Source: Felis catus
Taxonomy: Eukaryota
DNA: 64,000 bases
Direction: 5' to 3'
NCBI RefSeq assembly: GCF_018350175.1
Contig: NC_058368.1
Location: forward strand, 170,502,001-170,566,000
Shown here: piece after piece, positions 46,601 to 58,600 of the stretch
How the letters are laid out: every line of letters begins with the position of its first letter
How positions within the stretch are numbered: position 1 is the first letter of the stretch
The notes under the pieces: model-generated
Told to the model about the DNA's origin: nothing
Seen by the model: the letters and a program-made list of their open reading frames with translations, nothing else
Databases searched by the model: none
Program-made: the position numbers and the translations under genes

Positions 46601-49600
46601 GTCTTGTAGCTTTTAAAAGTTCACTTAAAGTTTGTACTTCCTTAATTTTTAAAAACTCCTTTTTTGAAGGTTACATTAGAAATATTGGTTGTGCTCTTCA
46701 GACTTTCACAATCTTCTAAAAATTAACAATATAATTAAATTGCCTTACAGTAGGAAAGTTGTACAAGGTATACACCTTTTTAGTTTCAGTTCACATTAGA
46801 TGGGAGAGATGGGTTAATGTTGAATAGTACTAAACTGGCAAAATATTTTTTAAAAGTGGTAAGGGGCACCTGGGTGGCTCAGTCAGTTAAGCAACTGGCT
46901 CTTGATTTCAGCTCAGGTCATGGTCTCACGGTTTGTGGGTTCGAGCCCCACATCAGGCTCCACGCTGACAATGCAGATCCTGCTTGTCCTCTTGATCCTC
47001 TTGATCCTCTCTTTCCCTTTCTCTCTGCCCCTCCCCCACTCTCTCTCTCACTTTCAGAATAAATAAATTAAAAAAATAAAAGGGTAAACACGGGGTGCCT
47101 GGGCAGCTCAGTCGGTTAAGCTTCTGACTTTGGCTCAGGTCATGATCTCGGAGCTTGTGAGTTTGAGCCCCGCTTTGGGCTCTGTGCTGACGGTTCAGAG
47201 CCTGGAGATTGCTTCGCATTGTGTGTCTTCCTCTTGCTCTGCCCCTCCCTCACTGACGCTCTGTCTCTCTCTCTCTCTCAAAAATAAACAAACAATAAAT
47301 AAATAGTGATAAACATATGTTTGGAACGTAAGAATTAGGTTCTTAAACCAGCATTCAAAGCTACCAGTCTTTGACTCAACGTTTACCCTTTTTGCTAAAT
47401 TTCTTATTTCAGTAAAAAGTTGAATGGATTTAAATCTGACCGGTTTTCAACTCTGATGCCTTATTTTTAGATGAACCATGAGACATATTAAGTGAATACA
47501 GAGGGAAGCTGGGAGAAACAAACGGGCAAGAAATGAGTCAGTCATGTAAGGATTGTTAAAAGAAAATCTAATAATTTCTACCCTGATTGGACCAAAGTAT
47601 ATTTTAATAAAGAAAACCATAAATACTTACTTGGTTCAGCTATGAGGCACAGTGAATGAGAAAGCTTGAAAAGCAATGTCAAACAGCTGCTGCTGCCTGA
47701 TTGCAGCTAAGCTGACTTTCATATGTGCTTGTATTTCCATCTTCCTTCATATCCTAATAGCTGTAGGTACTGCTGTTATTAGTCCCATTTTACAAATGAG
47801 GAAATGGAGGCTCAGAGAGAAGTCATTTACCCAAGGTTGCATAGTTTGTAAGTGACATTTTGCTGTAATAAACACAGAAGAAAGAAACAGATTTCCCAAT
47901 AATTGTGATATCAACTTTGCTTAGTTGCGTCATGCTCTGGGGATGAATTGATTTTGTAGAGATAATAAGGAAGTGAGGATCAGTATTTCATTTTACAACC
48001 CTAGGTAACTTTTGGATATTCCTAGTTCTTTGCTCAACAAGCAGTTTCATCATTTACACAACATGTTAAATATTTAAACAATGAATTGACTTACGGTCTG
48101 AAAAGTGAAAGTATGAGCAAACCTTTGGGCGTGGTAACATACATGTGTATCCATCTGCAGTACCTATCTAAAGCAAATGGCATACGTTCTGAACTGTTTT
48201 CTGTAAAATGTTTTTAAAGTGCTTGTGTTTAAATTTCCTTGTGTTTATAGGATTCTCAGAAAGCAGAGTTGAAATTTTTTTCTCTGAAATTATCTGGCAT
48301 CTACTACTTATTTCTGGTTGTTTTTCATCTATTAGAAATTCAGATTGAGCCCCTTTGGGGTGAGGAAAATATAAAAGTAAATAGTTAATAGAATTTTACA
48401 TTTTGTTCTTTCTCACCCTCTGACCCCTGCTCTCTGTGGAGCATTACATGAAAATTGTTGGAATACAACATTGTTTTGCATTTCTCACTGAGGCAAAAAC
48501 CATCCCTTTTGTTTCTATTCTTTAAGAGCCTTTTGTAAGGTAATTCTGTCCCTTTGGAGATTGAACAGTTAGATGCTGTCTGCATTTGCTCAGAATATAA
48601 TCAGAAATTACCTACTGTTAACCTGTATATGCAAGTCTCTGTGCTTGAAAATCTGATCCCTTAAAGTTTTGTTAATGTTTGCTCAAAAAAAATTATAATT
48701 TACCTGGGGCTTTTCATTTTGTGGGATTAGCAGAAGACAGTGTGGTAGTTAGGTCTGAGATTAAGCCTGTACACTTATGCTTTATGAACTAAGGTGGCAG
48801 TGTAAAATACACTGTGTATGTGGAAACCACCTTTCTTTAATTTGATGCTTTTACATAATGGAGAGCCAGTCCACCCACACATAACAGCTGTGGAAGTCAA
48901 GTTGCACAGTGAATTCGACAAAATATAGTATCAAGTAACATAAATTTGCTCAAGCATTAGATTCTCTTTTTAACAGATTCTAAATGTGTTAGGAAGTTTC
49001 ACTCCTCGTATAACTTTTAAAGAGCAAGTATTGATCAAGAAAGAAGAAATAGTAAGATCTGAAATTGTTGTGTTTAGGTTTAATCTTCATCTGTATGTGC
49101 TGAGATAATGTTTCCGTCTGGGTTGTTGGCATTAAGTGAATTACCATAAATAATTTGTCTCTGGTATATAATAAGTGTTTAGCAAACGTTTCCTTTCTCC
49201 CAGGTCCCCTTGATCGAAGAACAGCCATTTTTGTAAGCTTCCAAAGTAGGTTTAAACAGAAATCAGACAGGTTATTACTCATCCTTGTCCCCCGTAACTA
49301 AGAATTAAACAGCAGTCATTGTCCTGAGCACACTTCGTTGTGTGTTTGTCTTCATTGCTCCTAATTTTAGTTTTGTTTTCCTATCTTGCATTCATTATTT
49401 AAACTTTATATTTTCAATCACTCTGAGCAAATTAAGAAAGAGATTTTATCATGAAAAAGTCACTCAATGTCGCCACTGGAGAGTCTTCATTTACATTTGA
49501 GCTGCTTAGAGTATGTTCCATGCATCACCAGTGTAGGCATCCTCTGGGTCTCTATATTGCTATCTAGCTGTTTATCGTATCTTTAGTTTCAGTAGTGGTT

Positions 49601-52600
49601 TTACTGAGTTGATAGTGATTAAGTGTTCAGACTTCTTGGGTGACAATCTTTGGCTCAGTTGCTTTCTATCTTGAGCACATTTTTAAATCTTACTGGGCTT
49701 CATTTTTCTGATCTGTATAGTAAGGACAGATCTGCCTTAGAGGGTTGTGAGGATTAAATTGAGTAGACTTAAGTGCTCAGAGTACTTTCTAACATGGAGT
49801 GCTAAAAAAGTGTTAATTGCTATTATTTTTTAATTTGTTTTATTTAATGTGGATTTGAAACTTCAGTTATTTTGCTGTGACTTCTCATGGATAATGTAAT
49901 GGCTTTAGTGAATAAAGTAGTATTTAAAACAGCCATGATTAAAACCAGTATGCTTCTCTTAAAGCATACAAAGTGTTCACACTCAGCCAGCGTAAGAAGC
50001 CTCCACTGCAAGATGCCAATGGGTTAGACCTTTCTGCTCCTTAGATCCCCTTGTGTCACTTCCTGCCACCACCATTCTAGTTCAGCTCTTTATTGCTTGG
50101 TTAGATGACTGCCACCATAATCTCACTATATACTTCCTGTTCACATATCTTCTACATTCTGATGGCACATTTTGTTATGAAAGTGAAGATTACACCAATA
50201 TCTGCTCAAAAGCCTTTAGTGATTTTTCCTTTGATTAAAAGATAAAAAGCAAACTCAGATGTATGGTATTCAAGGTGCTGTACGCAGCCTTATGCTTATG
50301 CACTTGCTAATTTATCAAACCACTTCTCACTTACACCCAATTGTATTTTGACCTCACTTTGACCTCCCCATTTCTCTCAGCCAGGAAATGCTTTATCAAC
50401 AGCATCCATTGAAATCCTGTTCATTTGTAAGGCTCATCTCAGTCACTTTGTTCTCTGAGGATCCTGTTCTGTGTCTCCTACCTGTGTGTAATTGCTTCCT
50501 CTCCCTCCCCAACTTTTCAACTCCTCCAGCATTTTAAAGTTGTGAGACTGGGTTGCATAAGCTCTATAAGGCTTTGTGGTTATGCTCTGTAGACTGAATT
50601 TTCATGTTTCACATATAGCATAGTTACCTATTAGAAAAATAGGTAGACTTGCACAAAAGTTATTCCGTTACTATTTCTTAATCTTATTCACAGCCATTTC
50701 ATTATTTCCTTTCGTTGCTTAAGCCTTTTTAAAATTTCACTGAAATAACAAAAATACAGGAGAGTACTGGTAATAAGACTTATTTTAAATGTGTTACGTC
50801 TTCAGAATTTGTCCCCAAGTCAGTCTACCAAAGTGGCTTTCCAGAAAAAGAGAGCATTTCCTCTAGTATTTTCCCTGTTGTTGAAACTTTTTCTCTAGTT
50901 AATTGGTCTATTTAGGGTTCTAGGTCTTTCTCATTAAGAGAGATTATTTTCACATATTAACGTATTTGACAAAGCTCTTTGTTAGTGATGGCTTTCTTGT
51001 GTTGATTTGTAGAAATAAAACATGAATATTTTCTTCATCTTTCATACCTTGTTCTTTTAGCAAAAATATATTTTGCGAGTTATGTCCTTTTTTGGTATTT
51101 GTTAAAATACTTTAACATTCTAATTCATTTTATAGCCTTATAGACAGCTTTTTGTTGGACTCTGCTCCTCTCAATGTTACTATGTCCCCTACTGGAGACT
51201 TTCTGGCTACTTCCCACGTAGACCACCTTGGAATTTATCTTTGGTAAGTTCTTATATACATTTCTGTTCTGGGTAGGGAAGAGGATGATGATACTATCAG
51301 AAAATCATAGTTGCTAACATTGCCATTTAGGTTTTTGTTTTTGTTTTTATTTTAATTTATAAAATGGAAATTTCACATAAACAGTTAATTCACCATGAGT
51401 ATATTTAACATCTACTTGATAATTTAGATAGCTTTGCTTCAGTGTGTATTCTAAACCACAGGACTGATTTTTAGTTATATTTGGTTTTTATTTGCAGAAA
51501 GGATAAGTGAATTTTAAAATTTAAAAGGCCTGGTCTGGCCTTCCTGCCACAGCCCTATTACCACTTTATGACTTTAGCCAACTTCTCAACTCAGCGTACT
51601 TTATCTGCAAAATAAGGCATAAGTATGGGCAAAATGCTTTCTAAGATTCATTCTAGTTACATAACTCTTTATAACCATGAAATGGTATTTATGATGATCT
51701 TTCAACTCCATTATGATGAACATGTAAGAGTTCAAAATAAAGGTCCATCATCTGAGTCTAGAAAAGTTTTATCTGCTTCCTGAATTTAGTTGTATAATTC
51801 CTTTAACTCTTACTATTAAGGAAGAGAAAAAAATTGATCCCTTTTCTAATTATAAAATTTTATAACTGGATTTTTAGGATATGAAAATAAATTCAATATA
51901 TAGTAGAAATAGACTCTGGCCACCTTAACATGCAAATTGGAATATCTCCTGGAATCTAAGAAGCTTGAATAATCAAGACAAGAAAATAGTAGAATACCTA
52001 TTGGACCTCAGCAGGAGTATATAGTGTCACGCTTAATATAACTCAGAACCTGATACTCTCAATTATTATTATTATTTTTTATTATTTATTTTTGAGAGAG
52101 AGACAGAGGGGCAGAGAGAGAAGGAGACACAGAATCCAAAGCAGGCTTCAGGGTCCAAGCTGTCAGCACAGAGCCCTATGCGAGGCCTGAACCCACGGAC
52201 TATGAGCTGAAGTCAGACACTTAACCAACTGAGCTACCCAGGTGCCCCTGATAGTCCCAATTATTATATTACATTCCAGATTTATAATGTATGGGGAAGA
52301 GAATCTGATTAGCCCTTTGGGGGAGGTATCTTGGATTAGTTATCCAAGGCTATGGTGCAGGGTCAAGTAGCAGAACCATGATCACTTTAGAGGACCGTTC
52401 TACAGAAGGTAAAGACCATGACTGTTACAGCATATTTGCTGTCTGACTTAACTGAGTCCATCTTTCCTTTAGTTATGATTTCCCGAAACGGAGGTGCCTG
52501 GGTGGCCCAATTGGTTGAGTGTCCAGCTTCGGCTCAGGTCGTGATCTCACGGTCCGTGAGTTCAAGCCCTATGTTGGGCTCTGTGCGGACAGCTAGGAGC

Positions 52601-55600
52601 CTGGAGCCTGCTTTGGATTCTGTGTCTCCCTTTCTCTCTCTCTGCCCCTCTCCCACTCATGTTCTGTCTCTCAAAAGAAATAAATGTTAACAAATTAAAA
52701 AAAAAAAAAAAAGACTTTCTTAAAAAAAAAAAATGATTTCCCTAAATGAAGGTTGCCATTTGTCAAAACAATTTAAATGTTTGGAGGTTATGTTATCTTA
52801 TGCAAGTATTCATTACTGATCTCTCAAATACTTTTCGTACTATATTAAAATAAAGACTCCATGGGGTGGCTCAGTCAGTTGAGTGTCTGACTCTTGATTT
52901 CAGTTCAGATCGTGATCTCATGGTTTATGGGATCAAGCCCTGCACCACTCTGTGCTATCAGCACAGAGGCTGTTTGGGATTCTCTTTCTCTCCCTCTCTC
53001 TCCACCCCATCCCCCACATTCGCTCTCTCTCTCGCTCTCTCTCTGTCTCTCTCTCAAATAAATAAAAACTGTAAAAAAATAAAGATTCCATTAATAAATA
53101 AAGTTTATGCACAACTCTCTATCGATGACATTTATGACCTGAATCAAGGCATTTTCAAATTAATACTATCTGAGATTTTTTTTCTACTTATAAGTGATTG
53201 GAACCAAGCTGAATTCAAGATTGCAGAGATTATTAATGACCAGTAATTGAAGTTTTTCTGGAAAAACTTAAAAGTCTTAAAATATTGTTTATATTTTTAT
53301 TTCTCAGGTCCAATGTTTCACTGTATTCAGTTGTTTCACTACGCCCACTTCCCACAGATTATGTTCCTTCAGTAGTGATGCTTCCTGGTACTTGTCAAAC
53401 CCAAGGTAATCACAACATAGTAAAATAATTTTTGAAATGTAATCTCATAAACCTAACATGGGGGATATTACTACTGAAGGCAAAGTTTAATGCATTGAAT
53501 CAAAGTATTTTCCAACTGATAGGAAATATTTTTAAAGATGTCATGAATTAATGCAAAAATATAATTTGTGGTATTGATAAGATATTAATAGTATACCAGT
53601 GGAGAAATGTTTTGTTTCTGGTGATGGGAATTGTAGATAATATGACAAGATGAGGAAGTAAAAGTAAATAGAGTTTTTAAGGCTATATTGAGTAAGCATG
53701 TTATGAAATACAAATGGATTTGGAATAAATTAAGTTGCTTTTATATGATAAAAATCTTATTCTGCATTAATATGTTTCACCTGAAATTTTTTTGTTTTAA
53801 GATGTGGAATTATCAGAAGAAACCATAGAACCAAGTGATGAAATGATAGAGTATGATTCCCCAGAACAGTTGAATGAGCAGTTGGTGACTCTGTCACTCC
53901 TCCCTGAATCACGGTGGAAAAACCTTCTTAATCTTGATGTTATTAAGGTAATGCTGTAGTACACTTAATACTGGTTCCTAAAGACACATTCCAGAAGCAT
54001 TTTCTTTAGTAGAGATAGCTTCTTCTACTTGGAGGGTTTCAGGAGGAGCAGTTAATGCCTAAGGTAGTAGAGCATACCATTTAGTTGAATGCTGTTGGAT
54101 CCAGTGATTATCACAAGATTCTTTATCTATTGAAATTGACTTTCAGGGGCGCCTGGGTGGCGCAGTCGGTTAAGCGTCCGACTTCAGCCAGGTCACGATC
54201 TTGCGGTCCGTGAGTTCGAGCCCCGTGTCGGGCTCTGGGCTGATGGCTCAGAGCCTGGAGCCTGTTTCCGATTCTGTGTCTCCCTCTCTCTCTGCCCCTC
54301 CCCCGTTCATGCTCTGTCTCTCTCTGTCCGAAAGATAAATAAACGTTGAAAAAAAAAATTTTTTTTAAAAAAGAAATTGACTTTCAGAGCACTGAGCAGA
54401 CCTTTTGATATAGCAGAAGTACAGCCTGCAACTACAGAGCCATTAGAAGTTGGATGTTTTAAATCTAACCTAATAATATACTTTTTTTAACTTCTAAAAT
54501 GAGAAAAAAAATTGCTATCATGATGTGTGATATTTCTGTTGCTAGGCATTTGAGTACTAGAAGACTTTCTCTGGTCTTTTAATTAAGCTTCAGCTTCCCT
54601 TTGCCATTCTATACCTTACTCTGTCAACTCCAAGAAGACCTTCACAGTTTGCTGTGTTAAGTACAGGCACATAAATTAATATGAACTAAGTACTGGATAA
54701 TATCCCAAGGACAACAGCAGTGAAAAAAAAACCAACAAACCTAGCTCCTTTGTCCTTGAGAAATTTATAATTTTATATGAAAAATGAATGATTATGGCAT
54801 AAATTAGTGTTTTTCAAAGCATATTTTCTGGCCCCCATTTGTGAGTAGCAAAAATAATTAAAAGGAATAGACTAGAGTAGAAAACTTCAAAGGTTATCAT
54901 CTGATAATAAGGGTGAGTGTTTATGAACGTCTTACATGTCTTATGAGCATTAGAAAGTGTAAGAACACTTACATAGATAACTATGACAAGGTATGGTAAG
55001 TATTTTTGTAACTGATTACTTAGCACCAGAAAAGACATGTGTATCTTGGGTAAGAAAAGAGTTTTCATGTGTTAGTTTTCCTCACAGAAGGTATGTTATG
55101 TAGGAACATAGTTGTGAAAAATCTCTATGATGTTATCCAGTGTGTCAGCTATAAAGGCAGTACTTTATGGAATAGCTTTAAAAGCAATGCATTAAAAAGG
55201 ACAAGTAGGTTAGTGTGAAGGGTGCAGTCAGAATAATGCCCAATTAATTGAACTAAGGTTTTGGACTACTCTTTTGCTTGCTTAGATACAGTTTTGTTTT
55301 AGAAACCAAGTGAATAATCTTTATGGTAGAAATATGCTAACATCTCCAATATTTTTATTTTTTTACTGAATGAAAGAAATTAGAATTTTGTCTTATTGGT
55401 AACTTTTCTCCTTTTGGTTTTCCTTATGAGACTATTTCTAGTGCTCCCTGTGGAGCAATTGCAAAAGGATTTTTGTTCTTATTTACAGCTCAGTGACTCT
55501 CTCCCTTCCAACTCAAGAACAGCAAGTTACAAGGGTAACTGTGACTCTTACTAGAGGCTCCACCATCCCCAAGAAGGGCTGTGCATATGCTACAGTTGGC

Positions 55601-58600
55601 ACTCCCTTGTCCTGTTTTCATGTAGTAACTTTCTTTTTTGCTGTGCCTCCACAAGGCCACAAGTATCCTTGGTTTTCTTTCAAAAAACGAATCTCTCTAG
55701 GGTCACAGAGCTCCTAGGGAATGGAGGAATGATGTAAGGTAAAATTGTGAGACTTTTATTGGGCAGTTTACCACAGAAAGACCCTTTCATCAGATGCTCC
55801 TGAGGTAGTGATGTGTAGCCTGTGGTCACCAAAACTAAGTTCTGTCAGTGGGAATTCCAGTGGAGGTTTTCCTGATAGAATTTTACTAACACTTGTAATA
55901 TTTTGTAAATGAGCACTATTGTTCTCTTGCTTCTTAAAGACTCAAAGTAAGGGAAAATCAGTAGAAATTTTAACAAACTAGAAGAATCAGGCTATATTCT
56001 TCACAAGAAAATTTTATCAAATTATTTCTAATGGCAAAGTCTACCTTTGGCTCCACATTTCTTCTGGAGAGAAAAAAAAAAAACACTTGAGAAACTGTTG
56101 AGCGTTTATGTAAGTTTTGCTTTCTAGCCCATTTTGCGAAAAAGGTTTTAGAAGTTCAGAATTATTTGATTGTTATTTCTTCACCTAAATATTCATATAA
56201 ATCATGTTGGAGGAAAAAGAGAGTTCATAGAGCTTCTCATGAACTGTGTCATTTTTCTTCTGCCTTACCAGCAAAGGTACTGGAGGCCTGCCTTGAGACA
56301 CCCAATTTAAAGATATCTATAATATTGGTTGGTTGGGATTTTATTTTGGCATTCAAATTTGAAAATGTTTTGTTCTTTTATTTTACTTTTTGCACTTTGT
56401 TTTAAAATTGTTTGGAATTATACATTAGAAACTTTTGTCACAATAATTACTTCATAGTCTTTTCCCCTTTCTGATTTTCTTTTAATCAGAAAAAGAATAA
56501 ACCAAAGGAACCACCCAAAGTACCCAAATCAGCACCATTTTTTATTCCAACAATTCCTGGCCTTGTACCCAGATATGCTGCACCTGAACAAAATAATGAT
56601 CCCCATCAGGTAAAAACCAAATTGGAACATTCTAAGTATATGGGGTGTGTTTTGTGTTGTGCATTTGTAGTTCTCTGTCAAGACCTATTTTACAAAGTAC
56701 ATTAATGATAGCTTTTAATTATAAGGTATAATTTTTTTTGTTTCATTTGCATTCTTGAAATAATGTGCATTTGTTTTTCTTTAAGTCTAAAGTGGTGAAT
56801 CTTGGAATTTTGGCTCAAAAATCAGATTTCTGCTTGAAACTTGAAGAAGGACTGGTAAATAATAAATGTAAGTTAAATTGTGAAATCTTTTACCAAGTGT
56901 CATCAACGTATTACACTTTGTGTGAAGAGAAATTGAATGAAATATTAGCAGATTTTTCAGTAGCTGAAAGAACATAGTAAAAACTTAAAAAAGATCAAAA
57001 TTTTGATTTTCTTATGAAATAATGTTAGCTTTTGTATCGTTATATTTTTAACAAGTGACACTGAACTCAGATGAATGTCAATATTACAATATTTTAAGAA
57101 CCTCTCGTACTTTCTGTATGGAAATTAGTAGGCTCCCCGCCCCCCGTCTCTTGCTTTTGTTTTTATTTACAAATACAGTTTGTAATATGGCAGAGACTTT
57201 TGTCTCCTTTGATTTTTAGATCTTCCTAAATTTTCCCATTAAAAAGTAATTTTAAAATTTATTTATTGTACTACTAGATTTAAATTTTGAAAGATACAGT
57301 TTGTAGCTAATAGTGATAAACAGTAAGAACTATAATTTTAAAAAAGATCTATAAGCGATAAACAGACAGTCACTCTCCTGTTTGATTTATCCTCTTGTTT
57401 TTTGGATCCAAATGCTTTGTTTTTATACCAGTATCACTTGAATCCACATTGGTGAAAAGTCAAATAATGCTACTGATGGGCCATTGCAGATGACTGAAGA
57501 ATAGCAGAATCATAAAAGGAGTAACTTGTTATATGGGGGTGCACAAGGAAGAAGATACTATCATTTAGTATCTACTGGAAGACAAAAAATAAAATTTATT
57601 AGACTTTTGTCTTTGGCGTCATTCCCTTTCTAGAAGCTAAAAGCATAACCATTGCCATTGTAATATCAAATGCTTGTTGTAAAAATAGTTGTAAGTATAT
57701 AGAATATATATTCATAGGATGCATATAAAAATCAGTGCTGGGCACCTGGGTGGGCTCAGTCAGTTAAGCATGTAATTCTTGATTTCGGCTCAGGTTGTGA
57801 TCTCACGGTATGTGAGTTCAAACCCCATTCCTGGCTCTGCACTGACAGCACAGAGCTTGCTTGAGATTCTCTCTTTCTCTGCCCCTCCCCTGCCCGTGTT
57901 CTCTCTATATATCAAAATAAATAAACAAACATTTAAGAAAACAGCAACAAGAAACAAGAATCCTTAAATCTAGAGAAAAGGTATCAATTTGGGATGGGTA
58001 AGAATGAGGTGTAGAGTCTTTCCCCTTTTATATATTTCTGTATTGTTAGTGTTTCATAATGATCATATGGTACTTTAAAGTTTTTTGTAACAATAAAAGG
58101 AAAGAAAAATAAATTCCCCCACCTCATCCTGTTCTCAGTGCAACTACTGTTAATAATTTGGATTTGTCTTGATTGATATGTGACCATCTGATTGTTGTAA
58201 GACCATCTTGAAGTGTCTGTTGCTAGGTATTGATTAGATTTTCTTAAACAGCAGGGAAAAACAAACTTAATAAGATACAAAAAGTTTAGTGTTTTTAGTA
58301 TTTTTATTGTACTAAAGTGATTGCTCTCATCATTTGTACTAATTATTACTTAATTTGGGGTTCATTCTGTGATTTAACAGGAAAAAATAAAGCCACAGGA
58401 AGAATTTCCTGTGCAATTTAAATATATGTAGCTTGGGTATGAAATGAAGCTATAGTTTCCTAAGTGAAGTGATTGTAAGTAGTAATGAGATTCTTTTTAA
58501 AACTTAATGCAGATGAAGCTGCTCTTAACCTTCTGAAAGAATTAGGCCCATCAGGAATTGAAACAGAGCTGCGCAGCTTGTCTCCTGACTGCGGTGGGTC

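Noticed and set aside
51691..51755. Possible intronic C/D box snoRNA (ATGATGA, ATGATGA, CTGA)
   Set aside because: No terminal stem, no D' box, no rRNA complement I recognise; such motifs are common in AT-rich DNA. An Rfam or snoscan search would settle it.
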